Source: Candidatus Aminicenantales bacterium (GTDB taxonomy: Bacteria > Acidobacteriota > Aminicenantia > Aminicenantales > UBA4085). Taken from it: a stretch of 64,000 nt of DNA. This document shows, one piece after another, positions 9,914-19,023 of the stretch. Under the pieces are notes generated by a model that saw only the letters and a list, made by a program, of their open reading frames with translations, was not told the DNA's origin and searched no databases. The position numbers and the translations under genes are program-made. The DNA lies in the NCBI GenBank assembly GCA_049515535.1, contig JBEKTZ010000010.1, positions 62,001-126,000 of the forward strand, in the 5' to 3' direction. Positions within the stretch are counted from its first letter, which is position 1. Every line of letters begins with the position of its first letter.

Positions 9914-11031
9914 CCAAAACGATTGTCTTAAAAACAGGGTTCATAGTTTTTATTTCATTTTCCATCAGTCTCGCCGCCCAGATTCCGGCCTGGAAGGGCA
10001 AAATCTTAAACGAGGGCGGACAGGAGGTCGTCCGGAATCCCAAAGAGCCGATGTATCCTGGTCCGATTCTTGAAATCAAGGAGGATTGGTCGATCGGCGG
10101 AGCGAAAGCGGAAGGAGAGTCCGCATTTCGCGATGTCTCAAGCCTTGCGGTCGATCGTCGGGAATGCGTCTATGTTCTCGATCCGAAGGAATGTCAGGTC
10201 AAGGTTTTCGATTCCGGCGGGCGATATGTCCGCACGATTGGCCGGAAAGGCCAGGGGCCGGGCGAGATGCAATCTCCGAGGTCGATCCTCATCCACCCGG
10301 CCACCGGAAATCTTCTTATTCTTGACTTGGGAAAAAGAGGAATTTCATACTTCGACGACCAGGGAAAGTTCATCAAAACCGTATCTCTTATGGATACGAT
10401 CGGGATGTCGTTTCGCGTCGATTCGCGGGGCGGATTCGTTGTCCTGGCCGCCGTCTTTGACCCGGACAATCCGCATTATCTCGTCAAAAAATTCGATGCC
10501 GAACTAAAGAAGATCGGCGAATTGGCCAAGCTGCCTTCGCGGATTTCAAAGAATGGAGTCGTCAATCCTCTTCTCGCGACGCCCCGAATCGATATCGACA
10601 TCGATGACCGGATTCTTTTCAACAACAGCCTGGATTATGAAATTCAAATCGCCGGCGTCGACGGAAAAATCATCGGCCGATTCGGCCGGGCCTATGATCC
10701 GGTGAAAGTCACGGACGAGGACAAAAAGCCCTTCCTGAACCGGGACGATTCCGAAGTCACGATCAAATTCGAGGCGTTCCATGCGCCGATCCAAAGTTTT
10801 TTCGCCGACGATCGACATCATGTCCTGGTCAAAACATTTGAAAAAACGACGGATCGGAAACGAACCCTTCATGATGTCTTTGACAAACAGGGTCGTTTCT
10901 TAGGAAGGATTCCGCTTGTCGATACGCCGGTCATGATGAAAAGCAGAAAGCTCTATTCCATTGAAACCGACGAGGAAGGTTATCGGTTGATCCGGCGTTA
11001 TACGGCGACCTGGATGATGAAGGAAGAGTAG
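9907..11031 (+). CDS. Secreted 6-bladed beta-propeller (NHL-like) protein
   Basis: Signal peptide and the motif VKVFDSGGRYVRTIGRKGQGPGE. Confidence 0.8.
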   Translation: MLTKTIVLKTGFIVFISFSISLAAQIPAWKGKILNEGGQEVVRNPKEPMYPGPILEIKEDWSIGGAKAEGESAFRDVSSLAVDRRECVYVLDPKECQVKVFDSGGRYVRTIGRKGQGPGEMQSPRSILIHPATGNLLILDLGKRGISYFDDQGKFIKTVSLMDTIGMSFRVDSRGGFVVLAAVFDPDNPHYLVKKFDAELKKIGELAKLPSRISKNGVVNPLLATPRIDIDIDDRILFNNSLDYEIQIAGVDGKIIGRFGRAYDPVKVTDEDKKPFLNRDDSEVTIKFEAFHAPIQSFFADDRHHVLVKTFEKTTDRKRTLHDVFDKQGRFLGRIPLVDTPVMMKSRKLYSIETDEEGYRLIRRYTATWMMKEE

Positions 11032-11177
11032 TCGGACGTTGACGGGGGACTCACCGGCGGGAAACCCGCCTTGGGACCAACGGCGGACTCCCGTTGAGGT
11101 TCATCTGAAAGGATATCCCGGAGAAGGTTCCGGAGCGTGATCGGCTCCGGGATCAGGCCGCGCTTCGGGCCATGGAT

Positions 11178-11351
11178 TTACGGTGCCTGCGGCGGAGTGT
11201 CTATTTCCACTTCGATTTTTTCAAGGATGAGTTCCGTCCCATGAACGACTTCGAGGTCCGTCGAGGCGCAGGCGTGGCAGGCCATGACGAAATCGGCCCG
11301 GACGGTTTCGTTTCCGCAGGCCCGGCAGAGAACGGTAAATGGGAGTTTGAT
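11178..11351 (-). pseudogene. hypA: 3' fragment of hydrogenase nickel chaperone HypA/HybF
   Basis: IKLPFTVLCRACG...CHACASTDLEVVHGTELILEKIEVE matches the two CxxC motifs and G-x-EL C-terminus of HypA. The N-terminal MHE part is absent. Confidence 0.7.
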
Positions 11352-11580
11352 AACTTTTTCTATGCCAAGCGCTGCAATACGGTTTGAGGAGGGGGAAACC
11401 GAGAACCAAATGACCGTCAACTCCATCGAGAGAGCCTTTTCAGTCTCCGATAAGCGTCATCGCCTGTTGACGTTTTCGCGATCTGATTCCCTCGTCCGAG
11501 CCGGGCTTCCTCCGGTCTTTTCAGGGGAGACATGGACTTCTCCGTGACCTTGGCCCGTTTCTTGAGGCTTTTCTCCCGCC

Positions 11581-12477
11581 ATGGCGGGAGTCTATCGTCC
11601 TCGACATCCGGAGCGGGCCGTTCTCTATCGGGTGCTCTTCCCTCATTTCGAGAAGTTTGTCGCCGAGTACGAGGAGCGTTTCGAGCGGACCTCCGGCTAT
11701 TTCCGTCCTATCGTCAAGGATGTCGTCGAGCGATACCTCGACTGCGGCAATCCCCGCTGCGGATTCGCCCGGAGCCGCTGCCGGGCGGAACATCTTCTGA
11801 TGTTTTCGTGCAAGACCCGGGGGTTCTGTCTCCTGCCATGCCAAGCGGTTGGAGGAATGGAGCGAGTTGATGCGGGAGACGCTCTTTCTGGACGTGCCCC
11901 TCACCGCCAAGTGGTTTTCACGATCCCCAAGATGCTGCTGGTTTTCTTCAAGTTCAAGCGCCGGCTCCTGGGCGATCTTTGCCGCATCAGGACTGTATTG
12001 TCGTTGGAGAGGCTCGCGTTCCTGGAGCCCGAGGGCAAGGTCCGTTACCTATATGGACAGGACGCGCGCGACCAGGAAACGATGGATTATCTGGAGTTCA
12101 TCGCCCGGGTGACCTCGCATATCCCCGACAAGAGGCAGGTTATGGTGCGTTATTATGGCCTCTACGCCAACGCCCATCGGGGGAAGGTCCAGAAGGCCCT
12201 TGTCCCCTTCGCCCTGCGGATGGCCGAGGAGGACAAGAAGCGCATCCATTTCAAGGGCTGGGTAGCCATGATCCGGAAGGTCTATGAAGTGGACCCGCTG
12301 ATTTGCCCCCGATGCGGCGGGAGGATGAAGGTCGTCGCTTTCCTCACGAGTTATACCGTCGTGGACAGGATTATGGAGCATCTGAAGTTGACCTTTGTAG
12401 CCGAGAAGCCGCCGTCGGCGCATGTCTTCACCCAGGCCATACTCATCGAGTCAGATGAGCGGACGGAGTATTCTTAG
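11581..12477 (+). mobile_element. Decayed IS91-family (Y2/HUH) transposase
   Basis: Zn-binding N-terminus (YLDCG..GFAR..FSCKTRGFC), HRQVVFTIP, and C-terminal EFIARVTSHIP..VRYYGLY..VYEVDPLICPRCGG. The central HUH region is deleted and there is an apparent pair of compensating frameshifts. Confidence 0.8.
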
Positions 12478-12648
12478 GACGAGTGGTTTTGAGGGAGGAT
12501 GGGAGTCTATTGCCTTTTTGGGGGATTTTGCGGTTGCTCGGAACGATGATCTGGCCGGACGGCCTCCTTCGTAGCCATTCCCTCGAGAAAGAGGTTCATA
12601 AGTTTATTCTTTATCTTTATTATTATTTCTTTATTTAATTTTTTATCG

Positions 12649-13845
12649 CTATTTATAAAAAAGTGAATCAATCGTGATTTTTATTAATATTGATTTTTCT
12701 TTTAACCACCAGCTTTTCCATTTTTCGTAGTCAATGTCGATATTTTGTTTAGTAATTTTCTGTAAAACTTGATTGGCGCAATATCTGACCGAATACCAGT
12801 CTAATTTCAAGGCCTCAATCAAAGGATCGATCATACTGCCATCATCGAAGTTTTCCATCGCTTTAACAGCTTCAAGCTGGACTAATATGTCGGAATCGTG
12901 GATCATCATGATTAACGGCGGCAGAGCCTGTTTATCGGAGATTTTTCCAAGCGCCTTAGCTGTGTTGATCCGAACTTTTGGATTTTCATCATGGATCATT
13001 CTCGTGAGAGGTCCGACAGCGCGGACATCCTTTAAATTCCCCAACGCTTCTATTGCCTTTATTCTCATTTGTTCATCTTGATCTTCCAGGACTCCGACCA
13101 AAAAATAAAAGGCGTGAGAATCACCCAGCATGGCTAGCGCCGCGGCCGTATTGGCCCTGACTTTTCGATTTTTATCGTTCATCACGGCCAATAGAGGCTC
13201 AATTGCAGATGGATTGCCAAACCATCCTAGGGCTAAGGCCGCACTGGCCCGGACTTCATCGTTTTTATTATTCAACATCTTTATCAAGGGAATGACGGCG
13301 CGGGGATCTTTTATGACGGACAAAGCATTGATCGCGTTTCGTCGAACCAATGGATTCCTGTCTTTTAAGGCATCTATTAACGGCGCGACCCCATCCGGAT
13401 TCTTCATCAAGCCCAATATAGCCATGGCATTGAAGCGAAGAACATAGTCTTTTTTCAATAAATACTTTAATTTATCCATAACATAGGGGTTTTCGATTTT
13501 GGCGATAGTACGCACCGCCTCAGCAACTACATTAAGGCTGACATCGTTGAGGGCGTTAAATAAAAGCTCGATGGCCGGTTTTCCCTCTATTTTTCCGAGG
13601 GCGATAATCGCGTCTTGACGGACTTCCCAATTTCTATTTTCGAGGGCTATCGCCAATAACTCGACGGCTTGTGAATCATTCAATTTTCCGATAGCTTGAA
13701 CGGCGTCGATACAGACAGCTAAATCCCCGGACTTCAGCTTTTTTTTGAGTTCCTTATATTCGACGCCCTGGGCGAAGGCCATTCCAAATATGATAAATAA
13801 TGCCGATATATGGATTAGTGTTTTTCTCATCATTGATGCCCCCAT
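12649..13845 (-). CDS. Secreted HEAT/PBS-lyase repeat protein (AT-rich)
   Basis: Repeated VR..A..ALG.I.D.RAV.PLI units and a signal peptide. The true start may be 13833 or 13830. Confidence 0.85.
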   Translation of the reverse strand: MGASMMRKTLIHISALFIIFGMAFAQGVEYKELKKKLKSGDLAVCIDAVQAIGKLNDSQAVELLAIALENRNWEVRQDAIIALGKIEGKPAIELLFNALNDVSLNVVAEAVRTIAKIENPYVMDKLKYLLKKDYVLRFNAMAILGLMKNPDGVAPLIDALKDRNPLVRRNAINALSVIKDPRAVIPLIKMLNNKNDEVRASAALALGWFGNPSAIEPLLAVMNDKNRKVRANTAAALAMLGDSHAFYFLVGVLEDQDEQMRIKAIEALGNLKDVRAVGPLTRMIHDENPKVRINTAKALGKISDKQALPPLIMMIHDSDILVQLEAVKAMENFDDGSMIDPLIEALKLDWYSVRYCANQVLQKITKQNIDIDYEKWKSWWLKEKSILIKITIDSLFYK

Positions 13846-13863
13846 TCTAATCCCGACGAAGCC

Positions 13864-15702
13864 CTATCGGATCACCTGGCTCTCCGTGGCCACGACAAAG
13901 AATTTGTACTTATCGTAGGTCATGAAGATCTTCAACCGTGGGACTGGCCCCCCGGCGTCGATCCCTGAATAGGCGACAAGAATCTCGGAGCGCCAGGGGA
14001 AAAGGACTCCGTTCTTTTCGGTCTTGTACTCGTAGGTCATCAGAAAGTGCGGCCGGATGTTCAGGAAAGCGCACTCGTTCAGGATATCCTCATGGCCGTC
14101 GATCGGGACGCCCTCGATTTCGCATTTCAGAATCTGGAAGCCCGTCTTATCCACCCAGATCCGGGCCCACCATATGCCGTCCTCGTCCCCGGATTTGGGG
14201 GAGGCCGTCAGAATCAAGGCCTTTTTCCCATTGACCTTCTCTTCGCCGGCGATCCAGTAATCGAACTTGGGCTGGCGGTTCTTGGCCAGGACCTTGAGCG
14301 GAGCAAAGAGCGAGCCCAGCGCGGAAAACCTCCGGTCTTGCAAGACTTTCTTGGGGTCGGCGGGCTTCTTGCCGTTCTCCTTCAGGATAGTCCGGTGCTC
14401 TTCGACGATCTTGTCCTTCCTGAAGATCTGATAATCGCAGAGATAGATATTTCTTTTATCCCGCTTGGGATCGACATACTGAAACCATTGCTCTAATAAA
14501 AGCCGACCAACGACTTTTTGATCGTTAGCAACTAATCCTTTGTTGATCCGGTCGATAAACTCTGGATCCTCCTTCATATTTAAAGGTTTCTCCTGCTTAT
14601 CCGTCTTATCGGTTGTCACAACGGTAAGCTCTGCCCAACGGCGATTATTCAGCAGATCGTAATGGGTTTCTTGGATGGACTCCTCGCACACATAATCCGA
14701 GGCAACCGAGGCAAGCTTTTGACAATATTCGGCCGTTTGATCGAGCACTCGGCCCAGATCTTCCCGAGTCGTGGCGCTTGCCCCCGGAGGCGGGGTGACC
14801 TCCCAGGTTTTCTCTTGTCCGTAGAGCCAAGGATTGAAATCATATTCGAAGCGGAAGGCTGCCACGACAGGATTTCCTTTAATCCGGACAGGCTCGAACG
14901 TCCATTGCAGGAAAGCCTGCACGGCGACATAGTTTAAATAGGCATGGAGAGGTTTCTCCACGTCCACATGTCGGACGTTCCCTTTCTCGTCGATCGTGAT
15001 CCGAAGGCCGATCCGTCCCCCCATATTCCGCCGCCGCAGTTCTTCGGGGAAATAAGGCTGGACTTGGGTGAGGGATTTCGGCGAGGTGACATAATAGATC
15101 GTTTCCTTGACGGTTAGCGGCTTTTTATCGGGCGTCCCAATTGCTGCCCAAGCCAAAATGAAATAATCACCGCCCGGATTCGGCAGGCCGACGATGATCG
15201 GTTCACCGAGGTTGAGGACTAAGTCCTGCGCTACGACCGTCTCCGCTCCCGCCGCCGTCATGGTCCCAGCCGCGGTCTTGGCCCGATCGATGATGACGTG
15301 GAGGGCGATCTCTTGTGAAGAAAGCCTCTTCGGCGAAATCCTAATGTGGAAGGAAATTGTCTTTCCAAAAATCCAATCGTCCAAGAGAGAGACTTTCCCG
15401 TCCCACCCGGCTTCGTGCAGGAACAAGTCGTTGATGGCCTGCAAGTCGAATATTTTCAAAAGGGCTTCGAATGCGCTCGCCGTCAGCGCGGCTTCCGATC
15501 CGCCGAGGCCGGCCTTGAGCGAGGCCAGCTCCGGACGGGAAGCGTCCTGGAGTATTTCGACGGCCTTCAATCCCGCCTGGCCTTCCTCCCGGATGGCTTG
15601 GAAGAGGTGTAGGCAGATGACGATGGGATTCACGGTTTCGGCTTGGCAGGGAGGTAAAGATATTCCCAAAACGAGCAAAAGAAGCATAATTCTATTTCTC
15701 AT
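13864..15702 (-). CDS. Secreted protein with central TonB C-terminal domain
   Basis: PYFPEELRRRNMGGRIGLRITIDEKGNV...QWTFEP..KGNPV is a TonB_C pattern. Signal peptide present. Confidence 0.7.
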   Translation of the reverse strand: MRNRIMLLLLVLGISLPPCQAETVNPIVICLHLFQAIREEGQAGLKAVEILQDASRPELASLKAGLGGSEAALTASAFEALLKIFDLQAINDLFLHEAGWDGKVSLLDDWIFGKTISFHIRISPKRLSSQEIALHVIIDRAKTAAGTMTAAGAETVVAQDLVLNLGEPIIVGLPNPGGDYFILAWAAIGTPDKKPLTVKETIYYVTSPKSLTQVQPYFPEELRRRNMGGRIGLRITIDEKGNVRHVDVEKPLHAYLNYVAVQAFLQWTFEPVRIKGNPVVAAFRFEYDFNPWLYGQEKTWEVTPPPGASATTREDLGRVLDQTAEYCQKLASVASDYVCEESIQETHYDLLNNRRWAELTVVTTDKTDKQEKPLNMKEDPEFIDRINKGLVANDQKVVGRLLLEQWFQYVDPKRDKRNIYLCDYQIFRKDKIVEEHRTILKENGKKPADPKKVLQDRRFSALGSLFAPLKVLAKNRQPKFDYWIAGEEKVNGKKALILTASPKSGDEDGIWWARIWVDKTGFQILKCEIEGVPIDGHEDILNECAFLNIRPHFLMTYEYKTEKNGVLFPWRSEILVAYSGIDAGGPVPRLKIFMTYDKYKFFVVATESQVIR

Positions 15703-15774
15703 GGGAAGCTCCGATCATTACATCCTGTCCCCCATATCAACATACGTCGGGAAATCCCAATTTGTCAATTAATT

Positions 15775-15859
15775 TCAATAATATCGGTCCAGGGCCCGGT
15801 ATTGGATGGCCTCACTCAGGTGGGCGATGGTGATCCTCTCCCCACTGGCCAGGTCGGCG
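15775..15859 (-). pseudogene. comM: 3' terminal fragment of comM/yifB (Mg-chelatase-like ATPase)
   Basis: The minus strand reads ADLASGERITIAHLSEAIQYRALDRYY*, matching the conserved ComM end (RTIADL...HL.EAIQYR.LDR). The rest of the gene is missing. Confidence 0.75.
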
Positions 15860-15964
15860 CATGGTTATGTTGCCTTTTTGTCAATTAACCTTGAAGGGAA
15901 GAAAGCCGGTTTCCGGGCAAGAATACCCAGATTTCCTACGAACGTTTTTCGGTGACAGACAAAT

Positions 15965-16237
15965 CCCTTCTATGATTGCGAAACGCAAGTCCCCGGATCC
16001 ATTTCTTTTCTTTCCATCTTTCTTTATGACTGCCTCGGTCTTTTGAACCACCCTTCTATCCGCGCCTCCATGCGCACCATAACATTCGATCTTGGCTCCT
16101 AAACCTAAATTTGAACGCGACCCTTACGGGCCCGTTAGGGGTTAACCTAGGCAGCCGATTGTTTCCTGATTTCCGGAATATACTCTCTCCTCTCGGTCAG
16201 CACGCGATAAATAATGGTCAGTAATCGTGTCGCGGCT
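15965..16237 (-). mobile_element. IS110-family remnant: transposase C-terminal tail plus non-coding right end
   Basis: AATRLLTIIYRVLTERREY (16147-16237) resembles the IS110 tail A.ARKL..IIY.VL. It is followed by ~180 nt of non-coding sequence with ATAGAAGGG twice. Confidence 0.6.
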
Positions 16238-16273
16238 TTGACTTTGCCGCCCCCGGCATGATAAGAAAATGCC

Positions 16274-16693
16274 ATGCGGAAATTACGTTCTCTTCTTTTT
16301 GCGCTCATCATTCTGACCGGCTGCGGCATTCCGCCCGCGCCGGTCCAGGATGCGCCGCCCTTTTCGATCGTCTCTCCCGCGCAAGCCGCGGCCCTGATCG
16401 AATCTCACGCGAAGGCCGCGCATTTCACGATCCTCGACGTCCGCCGGGCGGAGGAATTCGCCTCGGGCCATTTGAAAAACGCCGTGCAAATCGACGTGAC
16501 CGCCGCGGACTTCGCGGACAGAATCGAAACGCTGAACAAGGCCGACATTTATCTCGTCTACTGCCGCGGCGGCGTCCGGAGCGCGCGGGCCATGGGCATC
16601 ATGAAAGACCATAGTTTTGCCGCCGTTTATAATCTCGAAGGCGGCCTGCTGAAATGGCAGTCCGAAAACCGCCCTGTCGTCAAGGACGAATAA
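16274..16693 (+). CDS. Rhodanese-like domain lipoprotein
   Basis: Lipobox LTGC, ILDVR..EEF..GHL, active-site YCRGGVRS and NLEGGL. Confidence 0.85.
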   Translation: MRKLRSLLFALIILTGCGIPPAPVQDAPPFSIVSPAQAAALIESHAKAAHFTILDVRRAEEFASGHLKNAVQIDVTAADFADRIETLNKADIYLVYCRGGVRSARAMGIMKDHSFAAVYNLEGGLLKWQSENRPVVKDE

Positions 16694-16706
16694 CGGGCCG
16701 GGCGGA

Positions 16707-17759
16707 TCAATTCAAATAATAGCCGATCGAGAAGAAGCTCACCCAATGGCGGAGCGAGAACGGCGCGGTCGTCCCCATCCCGAGCTTTTTGAGCGGGAGG
16801 GCGCCTTCACTGTAGGTATCGGAATAGCGGATGAGGCGGCCGGTCATAGTCCGGCCTTCGGCGCGCTGGATGATTTTTTCGGCGGCCAGCAGCCCGAACG
16901 GGATCGAATACTTGCCGCACCAATACGTATTTTTATAGTCCAAATACGTCGCCCCCCAGAGTTCCTTGGTCAGGCCCAGGATTTTGGAGGCATCGAGTTC
17001 GTCCGTCAGATAGGAAGCGATCAAGCGCTTGTCGAAGGCGAGGGCCGTCTCCCAGGCCTTCTCCCCTTCCCCGAACGCCGTGTTGTTGAAATCCTTGCCG
17101 TAGTGGTTTCCGTCGGAAGAAACAAGGAAGACGATGTCCTTGCCGGCCTTCAAGCCTTTGTCTTTCATATATCCGGCGATGACATCGGCCAGTTTCCCGG
17201 AGATTTCGTCCATCTTTTCGAACGGCATCGGCGCGACCATGATCGGCGTAATCTTGACGTCGGGGTTGAAATACTGGAGGAACGGCAGGAGCGCTTCAAT
17301 CGAATGTTCGAGTTCGTGGGCCCTGTTGCTGACCAGAAAAACGTTTTTGTCGAGCCGCGCTTTGATGAACTCGCGGAGCGGCGACACCGCGATCGGCTTG
17401 AGGACGCCGGGCCACATCTTGTATTCATCCAGTATCAATACGCTCTGCGGGTCTTTGATCTCTTTGCGCACGGCGCTGTGCGTGACGCCGAAAATGACGA
17501 CTTCCTTGGCCCGCAGCATCTTGAAGAGAGGATAATAGAGGCGCCCGGCGTAAAGATAATCGTCGTGCGGGGAGACGGCGGCGACGAGCCCTTCGGCCGG
17601 AAAGGTCGACTTTTCCTGGGCCGCCAGGTAATCGACGAGCGTCTTCATGCTCGCCGGATTCCAGCAAAATCCGACGTCGTCCTTGACCGGCCGGAGGTCC
17701 TGCGCGGCCAGCCCGGCAAAAACCGATAGAATCATCCAGAGGCCCAACGTTTTCTTCAT
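16707..17759 (-). CDS. MEMO1-family (AmmeMemoRadiSam protein B-like) protein with signal peptide
   Basis: SPHDDY.YAG, GVTH, EHSIE..LPFLQ, SSDGNHYG and WCG motifs. RBS AAGGAG precedes MKKTLG at 17759. Confidence 0.75.
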   Translation of the reverse strand: MKKTLGLWMILSVFAGLAAQDLRPVKDDVGFCWNPASMKTLVDYLAAQEKSTFPAEGLVAAVSPHDDYLYAGRLYYPLFKMLRAKEVVIFGVTHSAVRKEIKDPQSVLILDEYKMWPGVLKPIAVSPLREFIKARLDKNVFLVSNRAHELEHSIEALLPFLQYFNPDVKITPIMVAPMPFEKMDEISGKLADVIAGYMKDKGLKAGKDIVFLVSSDGNHYGKDFNNTAFGEGEKAWETALAFDKRLIASYLTDELDASKILGLTKELWGATYLDYKNTYWCGKYSIPFGLLAAEKIIQRAEGRTMTGRLIRYSDTYSEGALPLKKLGMGTTAPFSLRHWVSFFSIGYYLN

Positions 17760-17877
17760 GGGAATCTCCTTATGAATCCGTTGATCTTGAGTCGCGGAAT
17801 CGATTATCATCGACCTGAGCCCGAAATACAACTTAAAATTATTAAGGATCGCTGAAATCGCCCGGAAAATCGAGACC

Positions 17878-18945
17878 CTGAAAAATAGGGCCCTGACCCT
17901 GATCTTCTTGGGGATTTGTCTAAGCCAAATCCCCGCCCGCGGATTTGGGACGGGCTCTGGCGTCGCCGGGGAGACCCCAGTCATCTTAATGGACGAATTC
18001 ATCTTCGATATCGCGCCGTTTTCAGAATGTCATGCCTCGACCATCGCCGAATCGAAAGGCGCCCTGGTCGCCGCCTGGTTCGGCGGCTCGGCCGAAGGGC
18101 GGCCCGACGTCGGCATTTGGCTGTCGCGCCGCGAAGACGGCCGGTGGACCGCGCCGGCCGAAATCGCCGACGGCGTCGAATCTCCGCGAAAGCGCTATCC
18201 CTGCTGGAATCCCGTCCTCTTCCAGCCGAAGGCGGGTCCGCTGATGCTTTTTTACAAAGTCGGCCCCGGCCCGAGCGCGTGGTGGGGGATGTTGAAAACG
18301 TCCGCGGACGGCGGCAAAACCTGGTCGGAAGCGCGCCGTCTGCCCAATGGCATTCTCGGCCCGATCAAAAACAAGCCGGTCGAGCTGGCCGGCGGCGAGA
18401 TCCTCTGCCCGTCAAGCACCGAAAACAGCGGCTGGCGCGTGCATTTTGAACGGACGAGCGACGGTGGCCGAAGCTGGCGGGCCACGCCGCCGGTGAACGA
18501 CGGCCTCGAATTCGCCGCGATCCAGCCGGCCCTGCTGGTTCACGGGGACGGCCGGATCCAGGCGCTCGGCCGGACGCGCCAGGGCCGGATCTTTCAAATC
18601 TGGTCGGAGGACGGCGGCAAGACCTGGGGCCGGATGACCGCGACCGATTTGCCGAACCCCAACTCGGGCATCGATGCCGCGACTCTCGCGGACGGCCGGT
18701 ATCTGCTTGTCTATAACCCCGCCACGGAAGGCCGCACTCCGCTCAGCATGGCGGTCTCCGAGGACGGAGAGAAATGGCGGGTCGCGGCGGAGCTTGAAAA
18801 CGGGCCGGGAGAATTCTCATACCCCGCCGTGATCCAGACGAGCGACGGCCTGGTCCACATCACGTACACATGGAAACGACAACGCGTGAAACACGTTGTG
18901 CTCGAGCCTAAAGCGATACCTATTTTTTCACGCCCGCGCCGATGA
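17878..18945 (+). CDS. BNR/Asp-box sialidase-family protein
   Basis: CHASTI, WNPVL, S.DGG.TW Asp-boxes, NPNSGID and SYPAVIQ. The start is uncertain (CTG 17878, TTG 17908 or ATG 17989). Confidence 0.8.
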   Translation: MKNRALTLIFLGICLSQIPARGFGTGSGVAGETPVILMDEFIFDIAPFSECHASTIAESKGALVAAWFGGSAEGRPDVGIWLSRREDGRWTAPAEIADGVESPRKRYPCWNPVLFQPKAGPLMLFYKVGPGPSAWWGMLKTSADGGKTWSEARRLPNGILGPIKNKPVELAGGEILCPSSTENSGWRVHFERTSDGGRSWRATPPVNDGLEFAAIQPALLVHGDGRIQALGRTRQGRIFQIWSEDGGKTWGRMTATDLPNPNSGIDAATLADGRYLLVYNPATEGRTPLSMAVSEDGEKWRVAAELENGPGEFSYPAVIQTSDGLVHITYTWKRQRVKHVVLEPKAIPIFSRPRR

Positions 18946-19023
18946 TTCTCGGCGGAAGGCGGATCCGCTGTCTTGACATTTCCTCCGAGTGTATTTAAGA
19001 ATGGGAGTCTCAAAACGAGGAAC

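Noticed and set aside
11036..11100. GGCGGGAAACCCGCC hairpin region resembling a ZTP riboswitch
   Set aside because: It lacks the GACTGGCG and CGCCTGGG pseudoknot elements and lies between convergent gene ends. A terminator-like hairpin is more likely.
17760..18002. 80-aa N-terminal extension of the MEMO1 ORF in the ORF track
   Set aside because: It overlaps the divergent sialidase gene. The RBS and signal peptide support a start at 17759.
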